Below are positions 38,761-52,065 of a DNA stretch of 64,000 nucleotides, one piece after another; positions within the stretch are counted from its first letter, which is position 1, and every line of letters starts with the position of its first letter. The notes beneath the pieces are model-generated. The model was not told where the DNA came from. It made no database searches and was given only the letters and a program-made list of their open reading frames with translations. Position numbers and translations under genes: made by a program. Location: the NCBI GenBank assembly GCA_051362555.1, contig CM120647.1, positions 19,692,651 through 19,756,650 of the forward strand, given 5' to 3'. Source of the stretch: Lingula anatina (taxonomy: Eukaryota; Animalia; Brachiopoda).

Positions 38761-41688
38761 CTATGGTGACTGTATATCTGGCGGAAACAGGTTCCTAAAG
38801 ATTGCCGCAAAGACATTTTCATTGAGATATGACAGGCGGTTTCCGCTGCTTGGGTCTGGCACCACATTGGGATAAAAAGTGAATAAAGACGGCAAGGCAT
38901 CCCGAACCAGTCCTTGGTAGAAAAGAATTGTCCCATTCACCAGGGGCGTGTTCTCCGGGGGACCTGAAAAGACACGTGACTTATGAAAGGGATAACTTAT
39001 TTAAGGGATAACAGCTCTTCGTATGAGATCCATATCTCACAATAAAAACATTGTAAAAGACACTTGACATATCAAACAATGAAAAGGCTGATGACTGTAC
39101 TATGAGTGACTATCGAAACTTTCTGTAATAATAGTAATCCATTTAATAATACATATAATAATACATATAATAATAATTATAATAATTATTATTATTATTA
39201 TTATTATTGATTCCTTTTTGTGATACAGTCTTGTGATTCCACGCACAATAAACATCTTGTGTAATTATCATAAAATGCAAAAAACCTTCAAATTATACCT
39301 GGAGATAAACTGATTTTAAAAAACTTGCAGTAGCGCCTGATATGCATGACATACCAAGCAGTGAAGAGATTGCATTTAAATTCCTAATAAAGATAAACAA
39401 AAAGTGCATTACATGGTGGCTGTGGACTAGTTCTTGATAATATATCAAATTGCTGAGGTCGGCAATGTTTTCATAATACAACCGCTGTGACGACCGCATC
39501 CTATACAAGCCCCTTTTCCAAACCGACTACGAATTCCACGATCCACAAAGAATTGATAAACCACAGGGTTCTTAGTTTAATCTTAACAAATTATTCAATC
39601 TCTTAACTGAATCATAATTATTTTCAGTCAGTTCTTGCAATTCTTAAGAGATCCTGAAATCGACACAAAAGTTTCGAACCAGTCTTCGATTCATCACTAG
39701 TTGATGTTCATACTCCTGTTCTAGGGCAAGTGAGTATAGTTGCTCTATGTTCAACATCCATTTTGGAAGTGAAGACCAAGCAGGGTCAAGACGTCTACCA
39801 GAAATGTGCAAAATTCCACGATTTCTAAAATTTATCAATTCCTGGAGATTCGTAGTATTTTTACATGTATTCGGTATGGAATAGAGGCATTATAGTGATG
39901 TTTAGCCATGTTATCCAAATAAATAAACATTATTTTTAAATACCGCATTAAAGGGGTCATGCTCGCTTTTACTATGAAATGTAAATGAAATTGTCCAAGA
40001 AAATCGTGGTTTCTTGGATCTTAGTAACAATACTAGTTGTGGTATCATCCTCATCGAATTCAAACCCTCCATTTTTCTATTTCTTTTATTATCAGTCTAG
40101 AAACAAATTATTTTTATCCATTTTATTTTCTCCCAGGCATAATAAATATGTAATATTATTTATTCTGTTACATGCAGTGGTGGCGGATAAACGTGGTTGA
40201 CTTTCTTGATCATTCCAAAAATACTACCCAATTCCTGTAAACAAGAATCTCAGTAACGGTAGATATAATTAGTTAACCAATATTCCATAAAACTCACTTG
40301 TGTTGTATTCGGCGCAGCTTCCAGCGTTGCAGTAATAGATGGGGGTAATGTCCACATTAAAACGATCATTGAAACTGCAAATCAGCCCGGTCACCGGCTG
40401 GAAGTTTAGTATGAGACATGACAATAAAGTGACTTGTTTGCAAGATGTACTCGATGGCTATAACTAATACATGTGAAAACAAATATCCATGCCGCTTTTC
40501 GAATCATGTTCACAAAATGTCACTTTTACCCGTTTTACTTTGCAAATATCTACAGGTTCATCATTTTAATTTAGATTTTACAAATAATAGCGTAGTACCT
40601 TGCAACAAACCAAAACAAAAACTACATATAGATTCGAAGAAAAACCAAAGAATTAATGGATGTATAAGAAATAAATTATGAAAAAAATCATTAATAAAAG
40701 AGTACAATTTACCGTCATAAGGCTTGCAATGTCTGAGGAGATCCCCGGCATTAAGTTAGGGGGAGCTGCGCTGATTGTCGATGCAAAGCCAAGACAGTCC
40801 GTCACCCTAAGGTTACAATCAGCGTTCGTTGTGCAGGTGGAACCAGTAACTAGAACATTTCACAGAAATACGTCAGTAGACATATAACCCGTTTTGACTA
40901 AAAACATTCTGTACACGCGGTTTTTTTTTTTTTAATGGCAACGCCAATAATGTTTATAATAATAATAATGATAGCTTAAAAGGTGTCAATAATAATAATT
41001 ATAATAATAATAATACTTACTTGGCAAGCACACCGATACCACCGCCTCTGTGGATTGGACGAAGGAGCCAGGAAACGTGAAAGGAAACGCCCCCGGTGGA
41101 CACATACAGCGGAACCCGGAGGCGGTGAAGAGGAGGAAGAAGGGGTTAAAGGTACACAGGGGGGTCACCAGGGGGCCAGCGCCGAGCGAAGGACACGACG
41201 TCTCCGCGGTGACATTCTGGTAGGCGTTTGATAATGTGCACTGCGAGAATAGAGAATTACCTGGAAAGTAGCAAAGTAGACTGTGTCATTTAGGGAAGTG
41301 TACAACATTTGCAATGATATGTTTACCACTAGTGCCATATGGAAATTTAGTGAAGTGAGACATAAGGTCAAAGTATTTCCTGAATTCATTCAAATCCGTC
41401 TTCAAAATTACATGTACATCGTCAGGCTAATACTCGTTTTAAGGAAATATTGGCGAATCACTGACACACAATACAGCGAGGGCTTTGATAATGATTCAAT
41501 ATCATTAAACAGTTGCCCCTTTGCCGCATCTGTCAATATTACGTACAGTCAGCTGACTTTTTTGTTTACATTAATTTTGAGGTTTTTCGCTACTTTTTCT
41601 TCGTGCAATTCCAACACATAAATTGAAGTTTTATAACATAAATTGAAATATTGCACAACATACACGTGTACTATTAATACTCACCCAT
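38761..41688 (-). CDS. Uncharacterised Cys-rich, Pro/Phe/Asn-rich protein of about 230 aa, probably extracellular; N-terminal exon choice uncertain
   Basis: Phase-consistent exons: 41688-41685 (ATG G|gtgagt, strong Kozak context, in-frame TAA just upstream), 41260-41021, 40849-40713, 40397-40298, 38963-38761 (TAG). All junctions are GT-AG. Includes an EB/EGF-like stretch CMCPPG...VCLPITGSTCTTNADC. Confidence 0.72.
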
Positions 41689-41878
41689 ATTGTTGGTTTA
41701 CTTCGCAACTACTTCTTACAATTTAGACATCAATGTCACATTAGTTCCCAGCAATGTAAAACTTGTTAGACGTCTGAACCCTACCGAAACGCCAAAATTC
41801 TTAAACGTCAGTGGTGTCCCCATATAATTACTAGCATAATCATCATTATTAAAGTAAGACTGCACTCTTCCTCGTTTA

Positions 41879-42129
41879 AGGACTCATTCCCATTGCAACT
41901 ATTGATCTACATAGATCGATCCAACTCCGTGGGGCTCACATTGAATGCAATCAGATAAACGGATTAACACGCTTCCTCCCAACGTTGAGAAGAAAACAGA
42001 AAACTTGTGATTATACGGGCACGTTTTCGGGGAGGCGTGTTAATTTGTTAAACTGGCTGCATTCAGCAAGAGTCCCCGCGGAGTTGGATCGATATATGTA
42101 GCACGATAGTTTCACTGGGACTGAGCCCT
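41879..42129. mobile_element. Palindromic MITE of about 250 bp; related copies at about 37743-38165, 47490-47737 and 56223-56440
   Basis: Self-complementary arms (aggactcattccca...tagatcgatccaactccgtgggg versus ccccgcggagttggatcgat...tgggactgagccct). Similar tagatcga/terminal motifs occur in the other copies. Confidence 0.65.
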
Positions 42130-44148
42130 GAGAGATGCTATCTAGAAGAATACGAACAACTGAAATTATAGTCCAGAGATGAGGAAAGAGTTGCTGATGA
42201 TGGTTTGTCGTACATGTAGGTATACCGCTATCAGGTTTTGATGCTAGATTAATGCTAGATAAGCAATTTACATATTTACTTATGCGTTACTGGTATATAA
42301 CCGAGATATCTTTTTAATGCAGTAGGCCTATTCTACCATATGATCTTTATCTTTATGATACATATCTTTCTTTATTTGTGTTTATCTATTTGGGGTAACA
42401 CAGTCTCATACATTTTAATGTTTAGAAATGTTATTATTACAAGTCAAAGTATTTCTGACCTTAGTACGATGCGGTTTAATGTGAAAAGCCCTACATGCTT
42501 CTCACTGCTCGTGCACTGTGCACTACTCTATACAGCCGAGTGACGACACTTATTTTTCCATACGAAAATTCTCCCTGGACGTACGGCAGAAAAGATGTAC
42601 TGATTTAGCCCAAAGACATAACTGTGAATATTTCATAAAAACAATCGGTGGCTCTGGGTGTTGAAGACATGGATCAGCCCTACCTTTAAATCTTTAAAAC
42701 TAACATCTATTTTGTTATCCTTCATGCGTTGGTCACCCACTCTATCAGGTTCATATCATGCAAAATTGTATATCTGATGATCGTCTTCTCTAACACAATA
42801 CCCATGCTAAAGTTGCCGTGGATACCTGTAAACAACTACAATTAATGAGATTACGTACATTTTCACCAACACACATTTATACTGGCTCATAAGTTATAAT
42901 AAATCTTTTTTTTTTCTTTATTTCAATCTTCATCCATTTATTTATTTTTGAAGCATAAACGACGATGCCCCTTGCATAAAACGATCGTCTCACACCTTAC
43001 TCTCACATATTAGCTTCCATTACTAATTTATTTAACCTTGCTCCCTTCTGAAATATCAAGCATTACCGAACCAGTCTGCCGAACATCCAGAGGTGAAAAC
43101 AATTCACCTTACAGGGACTACCAAAGGTTTATTCATACAGCTTTTAGATAAAATCGTTTATCTTTATGCAAAAAGTCAGGTATGCATCTACACACATGTT
43201 CTACTTACTCAGTCAATCAGTTATGATCATCTCTTTTCGGGGGAGGACTTGGGGTCACGAATTATGTAGGATCTGTAACTTATTGCCGAAATAGATATTT
43301 ACCACTAATAAGTGATGTCGATGATATCATTGGGTAAATCGTATCAGAGGAGAGGGCTTATTAGTCACTGACTTTTTCACCTCACTGTATTAGGTCTTCC
43401 GATAGGATCTAAATACCCGTTGCCATGGCATCCACCCACTGGTAAGTAGTTTCTTACCGTTTTTAATGCCGAAGTATACCTCAAGCTAGAATTCCATCTT
43501 CGCAGTGCCTCTGTAGAAAATTCGCAGCGCCTTATGATAAAGAAAACAGTAGGAACGTCTCTGTGATATTCTTGTAAAGAAACTATCATAACTCACCAAG
43601 TGAAGAAGGTTTAATGGTGAATTTACAAACACTGACGCATTATAGTTCCTAGGCGTTCTAAATCTGTTCGAGTTCCAGGTGTGCCGCGGTCGTTTTTCCT
43701 TGGCACTGGATCAAGTGATGAAGTGATCCAGATGTTCTGTTGCTCTGGTGTGTGGATTTGGTAGATCAAGATTCCTTCCATATCGCCGCCTTAGAGAATT
43801 TGCTTTCATAGCCCTGCCTGTGAAATCTGTCTGCTTGGAAAGCAATTTTTTGAAAAACATTGCGGTGGAAGCTTAATGGTTTCGGATAAATACTAGTGGA
43901 TGAATGCAAAGGGAATCTTGTCAAGATGGCGGCTCTATCCTGGGATATAGACGATATATTTGACGGTAGGTGTCTGTAATGTGGTATTTATCTGTAATAT
44001 TTTCATTTAGTTTCATGAATAAAGACATCTTATGGAGAATTTTTATCCCTACAGTTTTGGTTGACTTTACAATAATAAACCAAAGGCTATGACAGTGACA
44101 CATTGAATCGTTGTTCTCGTCCTTTAAACACACAAATGCACGCGCGCG

Positions 44149-44200
<52 letters not shown>

Positions 44201-45770
44201 TGCGCGCGCATGCACACACAAACACACACGATATCTGAGTATATATGTTCCTTTACTAAAACTTAAATACAATGCTTCGTACATTTTAACGCATTTAAGG
44301 ATACGTACATGTAGATTGGATAGAGACCTCCACCCACCCCCTTTCTCCAGCTCATTTGTGCATTTATATATTTTCTGGTATAAGTACAAGTAGCCCGAGT
44401 TATTTGGAGGTTCTAAAGGGGGGTAGCGTACGCTAGTGGTTCAGAGATTTTTTGTATTTATTCTTCATTTCATATTTTATTTATTTATTCTAATATTTTT
44501 TTTATTATTAAATTTTTGTCAGCTGACTATGGCAGTATAAAACAGTTTGGCGTATCACCCGCACCGAATCGCATACACTTTGACACCTCAAGCTAATCGG
44601 TTCCTGTGGCATTTGCTGAATCTTGCGTCTGTTGCCCTTTAAAACATTTACACCCAGTAACTTGCGATGAGCAATATATTGAGCATCTGTTCCACTCTTC
44701 TTGAGTTCAACCCTTAATCGTTGAGTGATTGGGGACTTCACCTGTATTACACTGTATTCCACCATATAACGGGGTGGAACTGAAAGCAATTTTAACAACA
44801 GACTTTGTCAGTTTAGATATTTTTAAAATCTGTTTGTTGGGAGCAAAAAAGCCCATGGCAATGTGTTTTCTTTTAATCGGTTTTGATTGAGGTAGCTTTC
44901 AAAGTGGTAAGAAAGAAGGAATTGTCGACGGGATTCCAAAATGAATAGCAGTACCTGTATATGTATATGTGAATTGGACCGGTAATATACCTGGTGATAT
45001 ATTGCTGATATATCTGCCCTGATTCCAAATTTAGAGAGGAAATAATTATCCCCCTTCACCTGTACCTGTGTTCGTACAGTATATACTACCCAGCTTTCAT
45101 TTAGTCCCTTATTGCACAGATTAGGGGGTGAATGCTTGCCCACTTTTTCTTTTTCATTCAGTCAAGTAGCCACAATTTGCTTTAGTGCAGCAGAGAGAGA
45201 AGAAAAAAAAAAGATGATTCCTTGCCCCCTTGAATTTGATGTATTGTATCTCGTAGACTAGGAATGTGTTCGATATGATAAATGGCATCTTCAGGTGTTT
45301 CATATTACTGTACATTAAACCTGGATATAAGCGTGTCATTGTATACATAACACTTAACGTATTGGCTGACCCCCAAAGCGCAAAATACTACTTTTTCCTC
45401 TACTTTCATCCGTCTCTCTGATGACGAGGTAATGTAAAACGTGCCATTTTCGTACATGTAACTCTACCACCCTACGCGTCCCATATAATAATCCTTTTCG
45501 ATTCTCATAGCGGTAACGAAAAATGATATGCTTTGGGATGTCTTTGAATTCTCTTGTGCGGTTTCAATTTATATTTGCTCTGTTATATAATTGTTCTTCT
45601 TTTCTCTCTGATCGTTCGTTTATTCATTTACTCTACGTTGCTTTATAAACCATTAGCTTCTTTATATCTGGCCAAAATGTATGTTATTGCTTGAAGCTTA
45701 TATATATATATCTTGAAATAGCGTGAGACACACTTATGCCAAGATTTGTCGTTTTTCATTTACATTTCAG

Positions 45771-46399
45771 ATTTCTTTGAAGACTTTTTCGATGACTTTA
45801 CAATCACTTCAAAGAAGAAGAAGACTCACAGGGTACGCAGCACAGACGACATTAACAGTACCGTGCGGATCAATCATATACCGATAAAAGCCGAAGAGAA
45901 AGAAGAAAAACCGAAGGCAGCGAGATCTCGCAAACGCGGGACTATTGCCGAGATTACGCCGCACCTCTATCTTTCCGGAGTACACGAAATGGAACACGAT
46001 GTTCTCAAAGAGTTAGGCGTCACAAGTATAATTAATTGCACAGCTGATTATCCGAATCAAAAGTTTCCTTTTGTGGAAAACTACGTTCAGATTCATGTAG
46101 ACGACGTACCTGGAACGGACCTCAAGAGTTGCTTTGATATGTGCGCAGACGAGATCAAGAAAGAACGAATGAAAGGTGGCGCCACGTTAGTTCACTGTGA
46201 GCGCGGGATCAGTCGCTCTTCTACCCTATGCATTGCCTACTTAATGAAGTGTCTCCACATGTCTTTATTCGACGCGCATCAGCACGTGAAGAACAGACGA
46301 CCGTGCACGAACCCAAACATGGGATTCTTCCGACAGCTTATGCAGTTTGAGAAATCTCTGTTTGGCACTAACTCTGTGAAAATAGAGCCTCTCAAATGA
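45771..46399 (+). CDS. Atypical dual-specificity protein phosphatase (DUSP14/18-like), terminal catalytic exon; upstream exon(s) unresolved
   Basis: Acceptor tttcag ending at 45770. AEITPHLYLSG, acid loop VDDVP, signature VHCERGISRSSTLCIAYLMK and RRPCTNPNMGFFRQL. Confidence 0.9.
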
Positions 46400-47880
46400 T
46401 CCATGGAAATATGTTGAACAAAAACAACAAACACAATGACCTTGTCACAAAAAGATGAATATCTGAGCCACGGCAGTGATGTACACTGCAGACATTATTG
46501 AATAATTTTATCTTATTGACTTTGTTGAACACATATTTGCTGTGATTCTCCTGTAATGTGTATCAGACGTGTTTATCTCTAGACGTGAACTACATGTAGT
46601 AGAAGTACTTGCAAGCTGATCATTACAAATGTGTCCATGCATGTTGTCTCGAGTTTTTATTTATTTGTTTATTTATTTATTCGTTCATTTACTTTATTGT
46701 TCTCTGATACATGATCTAATGTAACTAATGTCAAGACAAACGTGTCAATTTTTCTGGATTTTTTTTTATTATTAACCTAATGGTGATTGAAATACAGTCT
46801 TGGTGGGATTAAAAACTGTATTACATGTAAAACACCGACCAAAAAAGCATTATAATGTCTTTCACATACTGTATGCCTATTAAGACAGAATCGTATAATT
46901 ATAAATTGCCTCTCTGAATTATCTCCCATAATAAAATGTCCTTATAGTTTTCACTTTTGTAACACGCATAGTCAACTTTATTTGTAGTAAAGATAAAATG
47001 ATTTTCCTTTATTCTAATCCAGCAGCACTTAATCAAGGGAAGTAGTACGCACTGTCAAATTATTTCTATGTGCTGGGTAATATCGGTGTGCCAATTTTTA
47101 TTTTAAAATATTATATTAAAATGTTCATGCCATGATAAATTATAATCTTTGCGTCTGTATTCTTAATTGTGATTTTTGTTTTGACATAAACTTGAATTTA
47201 CAGAATTACACTACCGTGGGTAAGCTAGGCACTGCAACCCCTATATGCATACGTTTCACTCATCACAAGTTTCGATATTTTAGAGAGATTGCATGTGGTT
47301 TCTCCTGAGAATTATGTGATTATCATTCTCAAGGGAATCCAATTAAAAACCAAATCAAGCATTTGTTTGATATTTGACGCAAAATTACCTAAATTACCTT
47401 GATTTCTATGACCTTGAATGTAGATAATGCGAGAACCGTTTGTTTTTGTACAAAACCAAATCTGAATCACTTTTGACAATACTGTGTAAAAGATCTCATT
47501 CCCATAAAAAAATTCAGTCGACCCAACTCTGCCATGACTGTCGGTAAGTGCAATCAGCTTAACTGAATGATTTGCCTCCTTTGATTCCAACTTACTCGTA
47601 TACTCACCAGCTTTTCTGTATTCTACTCATCGCCAGGAGGAGGCGCGGCATCCATTTAAGCTGATTGCACTCAACGAGAGCCTCCCCGGAGTTGGGTCGA
47701 TCTAAGTAGACTGAAGGTGTCTTTGGGAATGGAACCTAAGGTTATTAATGAAGAGATGTAATCCTTCGTTTTCTCGTTAATAGCATCATTTTGATGATAG
47801 GTTTTCTATTGATTAATACAAGACAAATACTGTGTAATTAGCATGGGATGGAGTGTATTTACGTAGACCTAACGAAGTTG

Positions 47881-47888
47881 TATAAATA
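47881..47888 (+). promoter_or_regulatory. TATA box of prepropeptide gene copy 1
   Basis: TATAAATA about 90 nt upstream of the ATG at 47974. A similar context (TATAAATA....GCA(A)GTTG) occurs at 57588 before copy 2. Confidence 0.55.
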
Positions 47889-47973
47889 GAAGCAAGTTGC
47901 TGCACTCCTGCGCTGCTTTCAAATCTACGAACCAGCTACGCTTACGATTGCGACGACAGACCGAGAGAGTAAA

Positions 47974-50730
47974 ATGAAGCAGAGTTTCATCGGGTAAGTT
48001 TTATTATTATAATTGCTATTATTATTTATCAAATATTTTTAAAAGGGATATTATGTTTTAAAGACTCCATTCTTTATTGAATTATTTATTATTCAGAAGT
48101 GATTGTTTTGAAAGGAGCAAGAAAATTATGTAGCCATGTACACAGAAAGCTTACAATACAATAAATTCACGTCCGACATGAAATACACGTGCCTTACATG
48201 TATTAAACCTTAAGTATTCTTTCTCTGACGAAAATCAATAAACAATTTTAAACCACATTGCCAAAGACAAACTAAACAAGAACATGTACAGATACTCGTT
48301 GATACAATATAGACAGAACTGAAGTAACAGGTAAGTGGACTAGAGAGAGAGAGAGGAGTTTCAGAAAAGAAGGGTGCTCAAGAAAACCTTTAAAAGGGTA
48401 TATGAAATTTTAGTTTTCGTGTTGTATCACCTATAGTCAAAAACAGACCAAATATGGCGCCCACTTGAAATCATGCTGCATACGTTAGTTGAGCTTCTTA
48501 TTAGATTAGATTGTTTCTTGGCGACTCCAGTAAAGTTGTATGGTCGCTGAGGAGGCATGTTTACAGAATCAGAATCTGACGACACAATGTTTACTTCACG
48601 GGAGCGTTCTTTCAACTGAATCAACTGATCCAAGACCAATGAGCACGCGAGATTAACATTGATCTGCCACTGCAGGAATGTTGCGCGCGGGAGGCGGGTA
48701 ACCTTTTAGGGGATCACGCATCAAGCTATTAAGTAAGGTGCGCCATATTTGATATGCGGCTCAATTAGTCTGCGGATCAAGTCAGTTGTGGACAGAGCCA
48801 TAGGCTAAATAACTGTGTAATAATTTCACTTTTGTCTTTTTATAGGATCTTTTTGGCTCTGACCATTGTATTTGGTCTTGTCTGGGACGTGACTGCAGAG
48901 TTAGAAGGTATAGGGTCAAATTAATATATAATGCATTGCCCGCAAGAAAATGCAGTAGTATCGAAGTAGCAAAGAAGCATTAACGCAGTAGTGGTGTGGA
49001 GCATATTTGCAGTAGAAATGCAGCATAGCCTACTGCAATTCTACTTCAAAAATTACATAGGGTTGTACAGAGGAGGAGCATTAATGCAGTAGATTAGCAG
49101 CATGATAGAAGCATGTTTCAAATATGCTAATTAGCTCCCCAATCGAAGCAGATTTGAAGCATGTTTGTAGTATGATTGCAGTAGTCTACTGCGCTGGAGT
49201 ATCTACTTCGTTTTCGTGCGGGTGACGATAAGTTGCGCTCGAGCTGTCATAAATTATTAGTAAAATGCGATTTCTGTTAAAGGACTGTTAAAACACATAA
49301 AATATGTGCATGGCAAAAAAAAAAAAAAAAAAAAAAAAAAAATTAAACTGTCAATACTGTTGTACAATGATACTGATATCTGTTTTGATAATGTAATATC
49401 CAAAGATTACGAAGGTATTGCGTTATCAGAAAACTTCAGTCGTGGGTTATGGTGTGCTCACACAAATGTAATCAAACTTCAATGTTTTATTTACTTACCT
49501 ATTGCTCATGTATTTATTTATTATTTTGTTTATTTAACCATTTATTTAACCATTTTTTATTTAGACGCAGATTTTTCGACTGAGGTTGAGAAAACGGAGA
49601 AAGTGGAAGAAGTGCACGTGTCCAAACGGTAAGACCATTCTATCTTGCACTCAACTCGGTCATGGTTTAGAGGCTGAGATAAATACACATCCCTAGCAGA
49701 TTGCATCTTCTTTAATATTAGCCACCCTCTTAACAAGGGCAAATAACTGGCGAGTTTAGAAGTTAACAGTTCGACAACGTATTTAACCATGGTAATTTTC
49801 TCAACGGTTTCGGAGAATGTATTTTACTATATTTTGGCCATATTATTTCCATTATTTTTTCTACAGAATTTCCGCCTTAACATTTTCCCACTGTTAATGG
49901 GAATCGTTCTAGATAGCACAATGTCTCATGCCTTTGCATAACATCAAGCGAGATTATCGCGGGATTGTGAGGAAGGTAAATATGAAAAATAATGGCAAAC
50001 TGTAGTGAGTGCGGTGCGGCAGCTTATAAAATTTATCCATATATATTCTTATGATTATTTTCACCTAATTGTTTTGTCGAGTTATTGTCTTGTGCACAGC
50101 AGTACGCACTCACCATGTTTTGCGTAATCTTTGTATTGCTCCCTGGGACGACATTCCCGCCTCACAGGCATTCTCGCCAGTTTTAAGCTATCTCGAACGA
50201 TATCCATCGTAGTATGATCCTCAAATAGTACCCTCTACCAGGGCGGCAGATATTATATGCACTTTTCCACCAGCCACCCTGTAACTTTTGGCCAGTAGGA
50301 ATCAATTGAATTTGCACTCGAGAAGAAGTCATTGTACCAGTTTGAAGATCGACCACATTAAGCCAGAGACATTATATGTGAATATCTAGTGAATAAGGCA
50401 ATTAGTGGACCTGGTAGAGGGTACTTAAATACTGGGACCGTTGCTGAATGTTATATTCTTATTTATAGTGCCTTCACCGGCGCGGTGCTCCGTGGTGCTC
50501 TCAGAGCCCTAAGGTCAAGGCCGGCGCGGACCGTGTTGCGCAAACTGGCCCAATACTACGGGAAGAGAAGCAGCGTGTACGCGATCGTTGAGGTTATAGA
50601 AGAGGTGACCAAAATAATTGGAAGATATGAAATGGCGGTCAGCAGTCATTTCATAGACGCGGCCGTCCGTCTCGGTTTCAGTCGTGACTTTGGCCTGGCG
50701 GTTTTCAACCTTGTCTATTGGCTGATATAA
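47974..50730 (+). CDS. Secreted prepropeptide copy 1 (135 aa), candidate cationic amphipathic antimicrobial/cytolytic peptide precursor
   Basis: Exons 47974-47993, 48846-48907, 49565-49628, 50469-50730. Translation: MKQSFIGIFLALTIVFGLVWDVTA-ELEDADFSTEVEKTEKVEEVHVSKR-AFTGAVLRGALRALRSRPARTVLRKLAQYY-GKR-SSVYAIVEVIEEVTKIIGRYEMAVSSHFIDAAVRLGFSRDFGLAVFNLVYWLI*. Confidence 0.85.
48939..49222. mobile_element. Non-autonomous CMC/EnSpm-like element
   Basis: Termini CCCGCAAGAAAA...TTTTCGTGCGGG, TG on both sides (2-bp TSD), and internal GCAGTAG/GAAGCA sub-repeats. Confidence 0.6.
50227..50425. mobile_element. MITE of about 200 bp in intron 3 of prepropeptide copy 1
   Basis: Perfect 16-bp TIR AGTACCCTCTACCAGG / CCTGGTAGAGGGTACT. 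Absent from the homologous intron position of copy 2 (about 63060). Confidence 0.75.
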
Positions 50731-51023
50731 CACTGATTGAATACGCAAGCTGCACTGCTGTAGCCACACGGTATATTCAACCTACAGGCACAGCTATTTG
50801 TTCAATTAAACCACCTTTCTATCCCTGGCAGTACAACAGCATCGTAATAATAATAATAAAAAATAATGTATTGCCTTCAAGTGGTTATCTAAACTCGTTT
50901 ACTTTTAGTCAAAATGATGTATCTGTACTAGTAACATATACTGTACAAGTCGACTTAAAAAGTAAAATAAAACTTCTAGCATGCAAATTAATGAAATTGT
51001 GCATGAGGATTTCCACAAAAATA

Positions 51024-51412
51024 CATGCATGTTTTCTAGAGTTTTTATTTATTTGTTTGCTTATTTATTTCTTTATTTACTTTATTGTTCTCTGATACAT
51101 GATCTAGTGTAACTAATGTCAAGACAAACGTATTAATTTTTTCTGGATTTTTTTTTTTTTTTTTTTTTTTTTTGATTAACCTAATGTAAATCACCGACCA
51201 AAAAAGCATTACAATGTCTTTCCCATACTGTATACCTATTACATGTAAGACAGAATCGTATAATTATAAATTGCCGCGTTTAATTATTAAAATTTTTGAA
51301 GTTTTCACTTTTGTAACATGCATAGTCAACTTTATTTGTAGTAAATATTAAATGATTTTCCTTTTATTCTAATCCAGCAGCGCGGGAAGTAATACGTACT
51401 ATGAAATTCTAT
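51024..51412 (+). repeat. Duplicated copy of 46636-47070 (sequence downstream of the DUSP stop codon)
   Basis: Collinear similarity, e.g. tactttattgttctctgatacatgatcta, caccgaccaaaaaagcatta and gcatagtcaactttatttgtagtaaa. Confidence 0.85.
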
Positions 51413-51415
51413 CTA

Positions 51416-52065
51416 CACACACTGGACAATAGAAGTGTCGCCCCTACTGAACCAATACTTTGGGGGAGATAAATGACTGTAAATGATATGCTCCTGGTAT
51501 CATTTTATTAACATCAAATTTCACAAAAAAAATCACAAAATGAGAACAAAATATACATTCTACCAAGATATGCAGTTTCAATTCCAAAATCAATACTTAG
51601 TGGCATAGCCACGTGACCTAATAATAGCTGCTAGTCTGCGAGGCAAGGATTCATATAATTGTCTGATGCTTTCAGGGCTTATGCTGGCCCAAGCATGAAA
51701 CACTGAATCTAACATAGTTTGTCTGCTGGTTGAACGGGCATTTGTCAAAAATTTTGACATATCATTCCACACATTTTCTATTATGTTTGTATCCGGACTC
51801 TTGGCAGGCCACATCACCCTGTGAATGTCCTGTTGGTCAAACCAACCACCATCTGCTCTGGGCCTGTTACAAGGAGCACTGTCATCCTGGTGAACAAATG
51901 GATAATTCCTGTCACAAAACATGTTAGTAATAGTTGGTAGCAAGCCTGACTCCAAAACATCGATATATTTCTGGTGATTCATGTTTCCATCAACCACTAC
52001 CAATTCGCCCACGCCATGGATGCTGATGTAGCCCCACACCATGATGGATATGCTGCTCCGGGTTC
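51416..52065 (-). mobile_element. Tc1-family transposon fragment (C-terminal DD34E transposase part)
   Basis: ORF 52042-51590 with MVWG, HQDDSAPC, WPAKSPDTNIIENVW and RGYATKY*. There are 34 residues between the second catalytic D and E. The N-terminal part is missing. Confidence 0.85.

Noticed and set aside
39644-39838. 64-aa minus-strand ORF inside the last intron of the Cys-rich gene
   Set aside because: Its acceptor phase does not match the preceding exon, its composition differs, and it has no recognisable motif.
43394-43441. Candidate upstream DUSP exon (tag|GTCTTCC...CCCACTG|gtaagt)
   Set aside because: Splice sites are good and one frame is phase-compatible, but its own ATG gives the wrong phase and no convincing start exon was found. 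Left unresolved.
50389-50468. ORF-track N-terminus MNKAISGPGRGYLNTG... for peptide copy 1
   Set aside because: It starts at a GTG inside a MITE and is not conserved in copy 2. The shared acceptor at 50468/63102 marks the real exon start.
50515-50769. Antisense ORFs over coding exons (also 11671-11865, 16481-16747, 60646-60846)
   Set aside because: Shadow ORFs of real coding sequence on the opposite strand.
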